NCBI RefSeq assembly: GCF_000195955.2
Contig: NC_000962.3
Location: 3,600,001-3,632,000, forward strand
DNA from: Mycobacterium tuberculosis H37Rv
GTDB lineage: Bacteria > Actinomycetota > Actinomycetes > Mycobacteriales > Mycobacteriaceae
DNA length: 32,000 nucleotides
Direction of reading: 5' to 3'
In this document: positions 1-8,294 of the stretch, one piece after another
How positions within the stretch are numbered: position 1 is the first letter of the stretch
How the letters are laid out: every line of letters begins with the position of its first letter
The notes under the pieces: model-generated
What the model was told of the DNA's origin: nothing
The model's input: the letters and a program-made list of their open reading frames with translations, nothing else
Databases searched by the model: none
Translations under genes and position numbers: made by a program

Positions 1-699
1 ACGGCCGCCAAGGAACTCGAGGAAGCCGGCGGCCAGGCACTGCCGATCGTCGGGGATATCCGCGACCCGGATGCGGTCGCGTCCGCGGTGGCCACCACCG
101 TGGAGCAGTTCGGGGGCATCGATATCTGCGTCAACAATGCCTCGGCGATCAACTTAGGGTCCATCACCGAGGTGCCAATGAAGCGTTTCGACCTGATGAA
201 CGGCATCCAGGTGCGTGGCACCTACGCAGTATCCCAAGCGTGCATTCCCCATATGAAAGGCCGTGAGAACCCGCACATCCTGACGCTGTCCCCGCCGATC
301 CTGCTGGAGAAGAAGTGGCTGCGGCCGACGGCCTACATGATGGCCAAGTACGGCATGACGCTGTGCGCGCTGGGAATCGCCGAGGAGATGCGCGCCGACG
401 GCATCGCGTCGAACACGTTGTGGCCACGCACGATGGTGGCCACCGCGGCGGTACAGAACCTGCTGGGCGGCGACGAGGCGATGGCGCGGTCCCGCAAGCC
501 CGAGGTATACGCCGACGCGGCCTACGTCATCGTCAACAAGCCCGCCACCGAATACACCGGCAAGACGCTGCTGTGCGAGGACGTGCTCGTCGAATCCGGC
601 GTCACCGACTTGTCGGTCTACGACTGCGTCCCAGGTGCGACGCTCGGCGTCGACCTGTGGGTGGAAGACGCCAACCCGCCGGGGTACCTCCCGGCCTAG
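1..699 (+). CDS. Short-chain dehydrogenase/reductase, 3' portion (the 5' end lies upstream of the window)
   Basis: Frame 1 is open from base 1 (TAAKELEEAGGQALPIVGDIRDPDAV...) and runs into the listed ORF 88..699. SDR motifs NNASA and catalytic YMMAK (YxxxK) are present. Stop TAG at 697-699. Position matches the Rv3224-type SDR as I remember it. Confidence 0.85.
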   Translation, partial: TAAKELEEAGGQALPIVGDIRDPDAVASAVATTVEQFGGIDICVNNASAINLGSITEVPMKRFDLMNGIQVRGTYAVSQACIPHMKGRENPHILTLSPPILLEKKWLRPTAYMMAKYGMTLCALGIAEEMRADGIASNTLWPRTMVATAAVQNLLGGDEAMARSRKPEVYADAAYVIVNKPATEYTGKTLLCEDVLVESGVTDLSVYDCVPGATLGVDLWVEDANPPGYLPA

Positions 700-823
700 C
701 GACAGCAAAACCCTGATCCTCGAGTTGCCCGACGAGCGGGCCGTCGCGATCGTGCCGGTGCCGTCGAAGTTGTCGCTGAAGGCGGCCGGCGGCCCTAGGG
801 GTGCCCAAAGCGGCCATGGCTAA
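635..823 (+). pseudogene. YbaK/EbsC-type aminoacyl-tRNA deacylase remnant, fragment 1 (middle segment only; homology begins near 698)
   Basis: The translation ...SKTLILELPDERAVAIVPVPSKLSLKAA aligns with the catalytic-Lys segment of YbaK (YKTLLV...LDLKK). The first ~20 codons of the track ORF overlap the SDR gene and carry no homology. The frame is lost in a G/C run near 783-795. Confidence 0.6.
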
Positions 824-1019
824 ACCCGCTGCCGCCGAACAAGCCACCGGCTACGTGGTCGGCGGCATCTCCCCGTTCGGTCAGCGCAAGCGGCTGCGGA
901 CCGTGGTCGATGTGTCGGCCTTGAGCTGGGACCGGGTACTGCGGTGCCGGCAAACGGCATTGGGCCGTCACGGTGGCCCCGCCGGACCTGATCACCTTGA
1001 TCAGCGCGATCATCGCTAA
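801..1019 (+). pseudogene. YbaK/EbsC-type deacylase remnant, fragment 2 (the true C-terminus continues in frame 1 to 1032)
   Basis: PKAAMAKPAAAEQATGYVVGGISPFGQRKRLRTVVDVSALSWDR carries the YbaK signature GYxxGGISPxGQxKRL. After ~935 the homologous reading (YCGAGKRHWAVTVAPPDLITLISAIIANIRA*) sits in frame 1, with stop TAG at 1030-1032. Confidence 0.6.
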
Positions 1020-2440
1020 CATCCGGGCCTAGCGCCGTACCGGAAATCGGCGAGGACTTCACCGATGGCGTAGCGCGCGCTGGCCGCCAGCGGCGGGTTG
1101 GTGTCTTGGTAGTACGGGAGCGCGATCAAGGCGATGGCCAGAGCTCTGCCGCGCCCGCGCATCCAGTCGTCGTCGGCGGCGCCGACCGCGACGCGGAACT
1201 GAGCACGGGCGGGCGCCGACAGGAGGTTCCACGCGATGATCAAGTCGACGCTGGGGTCACCGACGCCCATCAGACCGAAGTCAATGACGCCCGTCAAGCG
1301 TCCTTGCGCTGTCAGGATGTTGAACCGGGACAGGTCACCGTGGAACCACATCGGCGGCCCCGCATACGGAGGAACGCGTAGGGCTGATTCCCACGCGGCA
1401 GTTGCCGCGTGGACGTCGATGATCCCGTCGAGGGCCGCCAGCGCTGCGCGTACCTCGGCATCCTGCTCCCCCAGCGGCGCACCCCGCTTGGCGGGCGGCC
1501 CGCCCATGGGGTCGGTGGCCCGTAAGGCGGTGATGAAGTCAGCCAGGTCCTCGACGGCCCGATTGGGCTCGACGAACTCGGCTGCCGACGGGTTCTCACC
1601 CGCAACCCAGCGGCACACTGACCACGGCCAACCGAACCCCTCAGCCGGGCTCCCCAACCCCACCGGAACTGGGCTGGCAACGCCTAGATGCGCAGCGATC
1701 CGCGGCAGCCACTGTTGCTCGGTCCGAAGGCTCTCGATGGCCCAGCCAATGCGCGGGATGCGCACGGCCAGGTCCTCGCCTAGCCGGTACATTGCGTTGT
1801 CCGTGCCCGCCGAGCGCACCGGTGCAATGGGTAGATCCGCCCACTGTGGGAATTGTGCACGCAGCAGACGCCGCACCAGATCCTCGTCGATATCCACCTC
1901 ATCGGCGTGCATCTTTGCCCTTAGGACACGTTCGTACCGGTCGAAGACGGTTCCGTCCTGCTCACAGATCCGCCGCACGAAAGCAAAGCCCGCCCGCAAC
2001 GCCACCCTCGCCGATGCGGAGTTCTCCGGCTCCACCTTGATCACCGCTTCGGTCGCGCCGTGTTCGGCCGCATACTGGCACACCAGATCGACTGCGCGAG
2101 TGGCGAGTCCACGCCCTCGCCAGCTGGGGTAGAGCCCATAGGCAACGTTGACCTGCCCGCTAGCCAGCCCCTCGCCGTCGAAACGCAGATCAATCGTACC
2201 CACTATTGTTTCGGCAACCGTCCTGATGCCGAAAGAGCGCAGCGGCCCGCCGGTCACCCATTGCTCGCGGCAGTGCCGGATGTACGCTTCGACGCTTGCT
2301 CGAGTCGAGGGCATACCGCTAAGCCAACGCACTAGCCGTTCGTCCCCCCCAGCCAGATGCGCATCGACATCGTCCAGGCACAGTGGCGATAGAGTGACGA
2401 TCCCGTCTGATAGCCCGTCGGACAGCTTCGCAAAGCGCAC
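1016..2440 (-). CDS. Bifunctional-architecture protein: N-terminal GNAT acetyltransferase fused to a C-terminal aminoglycoside/choline-kinase-type phosphotransferase (APH fold)
   Basis: 474-aa ORF with a GTG start at 2440. The N-terminal ~175 aa are RimJ/RimL-like GNAT (YPSWRGRGLATRAV acetyl-CoA motif). The C-terminal part has the APH Brenner motif HGDLSRFNIL and VIDFGLMGVGDP. Corresponds to Rv3225c as I remember it. Confidence 0.9.
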   Translation of the reverse strand: MRFAKLSDGLSDGIVTLSPLCLDDVDAHLAGGDERLVRWLSGMPSTRASVEAYIRHCREQWVTGGPLRSFGIRTVAETIVGTIDLRFDGEGLASGQVNVAYGLYPSWRGRGLATRAVDLVCQYAAEHGATEAVIKVEPENSASARVALRAGFAFVRRICEQDGTVFDRYERVLRAKMHADEVDIDEDLVRRLLRAQFPQWADLPIAPVRSAGTDNAMYRLGEDLAVRIPRIGWAIESLRTEQQWLPRIAAHLGVASPVPVGLGSPAEGFGWPWSVCRWVAGENPSAAEFVEPNRAVEDLADFITALRATDPMGGPPAKRGAPLGEQDAEVRAALAALDGIIDVHAATAAWESALRVPPYAGPPMWFHGDLSRFNILTAQGRLTGVIDFGLMGVGDPSVDLIIAWNLLSAPARAQFRVAVGAADDDWMRGRGRALAIALIALPYYQDTNPPLAASARYAIGEVLADFRYGARPGC

Positions 2441-2563
2441 CCCGCGATTGTCGGACTCACACTGGCTTCAGGCAAACCTGCCGCGAGCGCCCGGCGAGCG
2501 TAATGGCGCGGCAAGAAATCGCGCTTGGATTCGCCGCAGCGTCACACGCGTGGGCACAGACCC

Positions 2564-3322
2564 TCACAGCAGCTGGATCTGCTCGGGCTGCGACCTGGCC
2601 GGCTCCAACAGCTCAGGCCCGTTGTTGCGCACGTTGTTGACCAACGTGGACACTTGGCGCAGCGCGATGTCGCGCACATCCGGCGGGCGGGCCAGCAGCT
2701 CAGGATCCGGCGGGGCGTCTGGATTCAGCCAGTCGTCCCAGTCCTCTTCGGCCAGCAGCAGCGGCATCCGGTCATGGATCTCGGCCAGCTCGCCCACGGC
2801 ATCGGTGGTGATCACCGTGCAGCTCAGCAGCGGTGGGGCGGACCTGTAAGACTTCCAAACCGACCACAGCCCGGCCGTGAACAACAGGGCGCCGTCGTGG
2901 CGGTGCAGGAAGAACGGCGTCTTGGCGTTCGGCCTCCCCGGGGTGGCGTCGGGGTCGACGCGCCATTCGTACCAGCCGTCCATCGGCACCAGGCAACGCT
3001 TACTTCTGACCGCACTCCGGAACGCCGGCGACGTGGCGACCTTATCGGCGCGGGCGTTGATCAGCGGTGGGCCTTTGGCATCGGGTGCGCCGCCGGGCCC
3101 GGCCTTGATCCACGACGGAATCAGTCCCCAGCGCATGAGCCGCACCCGGCGGGTGGGCTCGTCGTCGGGCTCGCTGTGGCGGGACACCACTGTCGCGATC
3201 GTGTCGGTGGGTGCCACGTTGTAGCTCGTCTTCCCGCCACCGCACCCGGTGGCCTCGTCTATGGCCGTGATTTTCTCGGCCAGCTGGGCCGGATCAGTGG
3301 TGACCGCAAACCGTCCGCACAT
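2564..3322 (-). CDS. SRAP (SOS-response-associated peptidase / YedK-HMCES family) abasic-site processing protein
   Basis: I place the start at ATG 3322, giving N-terminal MCGRFAV. SRAP chemistry needs Cys2 as the N-terminal nucleophile, so the 10-codon upstream extension in the track (start 3352) is rejected. Family features include WGLIPSW and the HDRMP-type His. 252 aa. Confidence 0.85.
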   Translation of the reverse strand: MCGRFAVTTDPAQLAEKITAIDEATGCGGGKTSYNVAPTDTIATVVSRHSEPDDEPTRRVRLMRWGLIPSWIKAGPGGAPDAKGPPLINARADKVATSPAFRSAVRSKRCLVPMDGWYEWRVDPDATPGRPNAKTPFFLHRHDGALLFTAGLWSVWKSYRSAPPLLSCTVITTDAVGELAEIHDRMPLLLAEEDWDDWLNPDAPPDPELLARPPDVRDIALRQVSTLVNNVRNNGPELLEPARSQPEQIQLL

Positions 3323-3376
3323 GCTTCCTATGGTGCCTGGTACCCACGACACCCGCCGACACGGCAGGATGAAGCG

Positions 3377-4729
3377 GTGAAGACATGGCCAGCCCCAACG
3401 GCGCCGACGCCGGTGCGCGCTACCGTGACCGTTCCAGGCTCGAAGTCGCAGACCAACCGGGCGCTGGTGCTAGCGGCGCTGGCGGCCGCACAAGGCCGGG
3501 GCGCATCGACCATCTCCGGCGCGCTGCGCAGCCGCGACACCGAACTGATGCTGGACGCGCTGCAGACCCTGGGCCTGCGCGTCGACGGTGTGGGTTCGGA
3601 ACTGACGGTCAGCGGCCGAATCGAACCGGGGCCCGGCGCTCGGGTGGACTGTGGCTTGGCGGGCACGGTGTTGCGGTTTGTTCCGCCGCTGGCGGCGCTG
3701 GGCTCCGTCCCGGTCACCTTCGACGGCGATCAGCAAGCCCGGGGACGGCCCATCGCACCGCTGCTGGATGCGCTGCGCGAGCTCGGCGTCGCCGTCGACG
3801 GCACCGGTCTACCGTTTCGGGTTCGCGGCAACGGGTCGCTCGCCGGCGGCACCGTGGCCATCGACGCGTCGGCGTCCTCACAGTTCGTGTCCGGGCTGCT
3901 GCTGTCCGCGGCATCGTTCACCGATGGCCTGACCGTCCAACACACCGGTTCGTCGCTGCCGTCTGCGCCGCACATCGCGATGACGGCGGCGATGCTGCGG
4001 CAAGCCGGAGTCGACATCGACGACTCGACACCGAACCGTTGGCAGGTGCGCCCCGGTCCGGTGGCGGCGCGGCGCTGGGACATCGAACCGGACCTGACCA
4101 ACGCGGTGGCTTTCCTGTCAGCGGCCGTGGTCAGCGGCGGCACCGTGCGCATCACCGGCTGGCCTAGAGTCAGCGTGCAACCCGCCGACCACATCTTGGC
4201 AATTTTGCGGCAGCTCAATGCCGTTGTCATTCATGCTGATTCATCCCTCGAGGTGCGCGGTCCAACGGGATACGACGGGTTTGACGTCGACTTGCGCGCC
4301 GTCGGCGAGCTGACGCCATCGGTCGCGGCGCTGGCGGCGCTGGCATCCCCGGGATCGGTGTCCAGACTAAGCGGCATTGCCCATCTGCGGGGCCACGAAA
4401 CCGACCGGCTCGCCGCGCTGAGCACCGAGATCAACCGGTTGGGGGGCACCTGCCGGGAAACACCCGACGGTCTGGTGATCACCGCGACGCCGTTGCGGCC
4501 CGGCATCTGGCGGGCATACGCGGACCATCGAATGGCGATGGCCGGCGCGATCATTGGGCTGCGGGTGGCCGGAGTCGAGGTCGACGACATCGCCGCCACC
4601 ACCAAGACGCTGCCGGAGTTTCCGCGGCTGTGGGCCGAGATGGTCGGACCCGGCCAGGGGTGGGGGTACCCCCAGCCGCGCAGCGGCCAGCGGGCGAGGC
4701 GGGCAACCGGGCAGGGGTCCGGCGGTTGA
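3377..4729 (+). CDS. aroA: 3-phosphoshikimate 1-carboxyvinyltransferase (EPSP synthase)
   Basis: GTG start at 3377, preceded by AGGA. The product [35 protein letters not shown]... has the EPSPS LPGSKS-type motif and is 450 aa. The longer track ORF from 2525 is an antisense read-through of the SRAP gene. Confidence 0.92.
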
Positions 4730-5718
4730 GGCCCGGCGACTACGACGAGTCCGACGTCAAGGTGCGCTCCGGCAGGAGTTCGCGGCCGCGGACCAAGACC
4801 CGTCCCGAGCACGCCGACGCGGAGGCCGCCATGGTGGTCAGCGTCGACCGCGGCCGCTGGGGGTGTGTGCTGGGCGGCCGCCCCGATCGCCGAATCACGG
4901 CGATGCGCGCCCGCGAGCTCGGCCGCACCCCGATCGTGGTCGGCGACGACGTGGACGTGGTCGGTGACCTGTCCGGGCGGCCCGACACCCTGGCCCGCAT
5001 CGTGCGGCGAGCACCGCGACGAACCGTGTTGCGACGCACCGCCGATGACACCGACCCCACCGAGCGGGTGGTGGTCGCCAACGCCGACCAACTGCTGATC
5101 GTGGTCGCGCTGGCAGACCCGCCGCCACGCACCGGCCTGGTCGACCGGGCGCTGATCGCCGCCTACGCCGGCGGGCTGACCCCGATTCTCTGCCTGACCA
5201 AGACCGACCTCGCCCCGGCGGAACCGTTCGGCAAGCAGTTCGCCGACCTGGAATTGACCGTAACCGCCGCAGGCGTCGATGATCCTCTGCTCGCGGTGGC
5301 GGACCTGCTGGCCGGCAAGATCACCGTCCTGCTCGGGCATTCCGGGGTCGGCAAGTCGACATTGGTGAATCGTCTTGTACCCGAAGCTGATCGGGCGGTT
5401 GGTGAGGTCACCGAGATCGGCCGGGGACGGCACACGTCGACTCGGTCGGTGGCGCTGCCGTTGGGAGATACGCTGTCCGGTTCCGGCTGGGTGATTGACA
5501 CCCCAGGAATCCGCTCATTCGGGTTGGCTCATATCCAGCCCGACAACGTGCTATTGGCTTTCTCTGACCTCGCCGAGGCAACCCGCGAGTGTCCGCGCGG
5601 GTGCGGGCACATGGGACCGCCGGCCGATCCCGAATGCGCGTTGGATACCTTGTCCGGGCCCGCTGCCCGCCGCGCCGCGGCCGCCCGGCGACTACTGGCA
5701 GTGCTCAGCCAGACTTGA
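4726..5718 (+). CDS. rsgA: Ribosome small-subunit biogenesis GTPase RsgA (circularly permuted GTPase)
   Basis: The TTG start at 4726 overlaps the aroA stop (TTGA). G4 (LTKTDL) precedes G1 (GHSGVGKST), which is the permuted order. C-terminal zinc knuckle [16 protein letters not shown]. The conserved N-terminus begins at [13 protein letters not shown]. Confidence 0.85.
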
Positions 5719-5727
5719 CTAGCCGCA

Positions 5728-5747
5728 TGCTCGTCGCGCGCCGAGCA
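5728..5747. terminator. Short hairpin between the convergent rsgA and desA3 (possible bidirectional terminator)
   Basis: TGCTCG (5728-5733) and CGAGCA (5742-5747) form a 6-bp stem with an 8-nt GC loop. It sits in the 32-nt gap between two convergent stop codons. There is no U-tract. Confidence 0.25.
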
Positions 5748-5750
5748 ATC

Positions 5751-7034
5751 TTAGGCTGCCAGATCGTCGGGTTCGGTGACCGACTTAGCCATACGCTTGC
5801 TGCGCCGCCGACCCCGCACGGCGGCAATCGCGGTCTTTAACCCCCGACGACGTCCGGTCACCGGATCGGCGCCCGCGAAACCCGGCCCCAGACCAGCGAA
5901 CATCCGCTCACTGCGGGTCTCGGGTGCATCGTCAGCGTTGTCACGTAAGTACTTATCCGGCAACGACAGCTTGGCAAGGGTGCGCCAGGTCTTGCCGTAC
6001 TGCACCAAGAACGAGCCCGTGGTGTATGGCAAGTCGTATCTGTCGCAGACCTCACGCACCCGCACCGAAATCTCGTGAAGCCGGTTGCTCGGCAGGTCCG
6101 GATAGAGGTGATGCTCGATTTGGTGGCACAGATTGCCGCTCATGAACCGCAGCGCCGGCCCAGCGTTGAAGTTTGCGCTGCCCAGCATCTGCCGTAGGTA
6201 CCACTGGCCCTTCGGCTCACCGATCATGTCCGTCTTGGTGAATTTCTCTGCGCCATCCGGGAAATGGCCGCAGAAGATCACCGCGTTGGACCACACGTTG
6301 CGGATCACGTTGGCCACCACGTTGGCGGTCAAAGTGGACCGATACGTCGCCCCCGGGGACAACGAGGTCAGCGCCGGGAACGCGACATAGTCCTTGAACA
6401 CCTGGCGGCCCGCTTTGGCTGAGAATTCACGCAACCGGGTTTTAGCGGCCTCGCGGTCGGCCCGACCCTTGAAGATCTTGCCGATCTCCAAGTGCTGCAG
6501 CGCAACTCCCCACTCGAAGCCGATCGCAAGGATGGTGTTCCACACCACGTTGAAGATGTTGTAGCGCTTCCAGCGCTGGTCACGGGTGACGCGCAGCATG
6601 CCGTATCCGACGTCGTCATCCATACCGAGGATGTTGGTGTATTTGTGGTGCACGAAGTTGTGGGTGTAGCGCCAGTGCTTGGACGATCCGCTCATGTCCC
6701 ACTCCCACGTCGAGGAGTGAATCTCCGGGTCGTTCATCCAGTCCCACTGGCCGTGCATGACGTTGTGGCCGATCTCCATGTTTTCGATGATCTTGGCCAC
6801 GCCAAGGGTCAGGGCACCTGTCCACCAGGCGAGGCGTCGTGAGCTGCCAGCCAGCAGTAGCCGACCGGACACCTCGAGCGCCCGCTGTGCGGCGATGGTG
6901 CGGCGGATGTAGCGGGCATCGCGTTCGCCGCGCGATTCTTCAACGTCTCGGCGGATGGCATCTAGCTCGGCGGCCAGGTTTTCAATGTCGGCGTCCGTCA
7001 GATGCGCGAATACGTCGACGTCAGTGATCGCCAT
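5751..7034 (-). CDS. desA3: Integral-membrane acyl-CoA (stearoyl-CoA delta-9) desaturase
   Basis: 427 aa. Three histidine boxes are present: HNVMHGQW, HNFVHH and HQIEHHL. ATG start at 7034 with GGGAG 8 nt upstream. The C-terminus ends ...DDLAA. Confidence 0.95.
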   Translation of the reverse strand: MAITDVDVFAHLTDADIENLAAELDAIRRDVEESRGERDARYIRRTIAAQRALEVSGRLLLAGSSRRLAWWTGALTLGVAKIIENMEIGHNVMHGQWDWMNDPEIHSSTWEWDMSGSSKHWRYTHNFVHHKYTNILGMDDDVGYGMLRVTRDQRWKRYNIFNVVWNTILAIGFEWGVALQHLEIGKIFKGRADREAAKTRLREFSAKAGRQVFKDYVAFPALTSLSPGATYRSTLTANVVANVIRNVWSNAVIFCGHFPDGAEKFTKTDMIGEPKGQWYLRQMLGSANFNAGPALRFMSGNLCHQIEHHLYPDLPSNRLHEISVRVREVCDRYDLPYTTGSFLVQYGKTWRTLAKLSLPDKYLRDNADDAPETRSERMFAGLGPGFAGADPVTGRRRGLKTAIAAVRGRRRSKRMAKSVTEPDDLAA

Positions 7035-7066
7035 CGTCTTCTCCCTGCGTCATACGGCCGATGACC

Positions 7067-7093
7067 TACGCTATCGTAACTTACGATTCCGTA
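7067..7093 (-). promoter_or_regulatory. Tandem-palindrome operator-like element upstream of desA3 (copy 1)
   Basis: TACGCTATCGTA-ACT-TACGATTCCGTA, i.e. two 12-bp TACGnnnnCGTA palindromes 15 bp centre to centre, located 32 nt upstream of the desA3 ATG. 23 of 27 positions are identical to the element at 8295-8321. Confidence 0.5.
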
Positions 7094-7111
7094 GGTTACC
7101 TATGAGTAACA

Positions 7112-8254
7112 CTAGATGTCCAGCACGCAATCACCCGAGGCGGCCGACACGCAGGTCTGGACCCGGGTTCCGGGCTCATGCCGCTGGCCCGTGCGCAGAT
7201 CCCGAACATGGCCTTCCACCAGGTCGACCACACACGACTGGCAGATGCCCATCCGGCAGCCGAAGGGTAGCTGCACGCCGGCGCCCTCACCGGCGTCCAT
7301 CAACGACGTGGCAGCATCGGCGGCTACGCTCTTGCCACTTCGGGCGAACGTGACGGTCCCGCCCGCTCCAGCGGGCGCCGTTTTGGACACTGCGAACCGC
7401 TCCAGGTGCAGTCGGTCGCTGGCACCCGCCGATGACCAGACCTTGTCGGCCTGGTTGAGCACGCCCTCCGGCCCGCACGCCCAGGTCTGGCGTTCACGCC
7501 AGTCCGGCACCTGCTGACCGATCCGGGTCAGGTCCAGCCGGCCCTGGGCGCGCGTCTCGCGCACCGACAACCGATAACCGGGATGGTCGGCCGCCAGGGC
7601 AGCCAGCTCGGCACCGAACATCACGTCAGCTGCGGTGGGCGCCGAATGCAGGTGCACTACGTCGGTGATTTGGTTGCGGCGCACCAACGTTCGAAGCATC
7701 GACATTACCGGCGTAATCCCCGACCCGGCAGTCAAAAACAGAATCAACGGGGGCGCCGGATCCGGTAATACGAAATTGCCCTGGGGCGCAGCCAGCCGCA
7801 CAATGGTCCCTGGCTTTACCCCGGCCACCAAGTGGGTGGACAGGAAGCCCTCGGGCATCGCCTTCACCGTGACGGTCACCATGCGCGCGGACCCGGATGC
7901 CGCCGGACTCGACGTCAGCGAATACGACCGCCAGCGCCAGCGCCCGTCGACCAGCAGCCCGATCCCGATGTATTGGCCCGGCTGGTAGTCGAAACTGAAG
8001 CCCCAGCCCGGTTTGATGAACAGGGTCGCGGAGTCTTCCGTCTCTCGGCGGACCCCTAGGATGCGCCCCCGCAATTCCCGCGCGGACCACAGCGGATTTG
8101 CCAGGTGAAGGTAGTCGTCGGGCAACAATGGCGTCGTGATGCGCGCGGCAATCTTGCGCAGCGCATGCCAGCCCGGATGCCGGTCGGCTCCGGCGACGGT
8201 GGGGCGCCTGGTGTCGATGATGCTGGCGTTAAGCGTCGTGTGTTTCTTGCTCAT
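7112..8254 (-). CDS. FNR-like flavin reductase with C-terminal plant-type 2Fe-2S ferredoxin domain (electron donor for DesA3)
   Basis: 380 aa. FAD motif RSYSLTS, NAD(P)H motif [10 protein letters not shown], and C-terminal CRMGICQSC...C cluster ligands. ATG start at 8254 with AGGAG 6 nt upstream. Corresponds to Rv3230c. Confidence 0.92.
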
Positions 8255-8294
8255 AGGAAGCTCCTGCTCGGCCTTAGCTTCCGCCCAACAAAGC

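Noticed and set aside
2541-2568. GTCACA-like boxes resembling the reported MtrA recognition hexamer (GTCACA, GGCACA, CTCACA), and an identical 10-mer GTCACACGCG at 2541-2550 and 21296-21305 near the hpf start.
   Set aside because: Hexamers, and even single shared 10-mers, are expected many times by chance in 64 kb of two-strand sequence. Spacing and orientation are inconsistent and there is no supporting symmetry.
2525-3376. N-terminal 284-codon extension of the aroA ORF in the track (734 aa in total).
   Set aside because: The extension is antisense to the SRAP gene and has no EPSPS homology. EPSPS homology begins at GTG 3377, which has an AGGA RBS and gives the expected ~450-aa enzyme.
4630-4725. 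Upstream ATG extension of rsgA overlapping 100 nt of aroA.
   Set aside because: The extension ([32 protein letters not shown]) is low complexity. Conserved RsgA sequence starts exactly at the TTG 4726 codon that overlaps the aroA stop. I have kept it as a caveat only.
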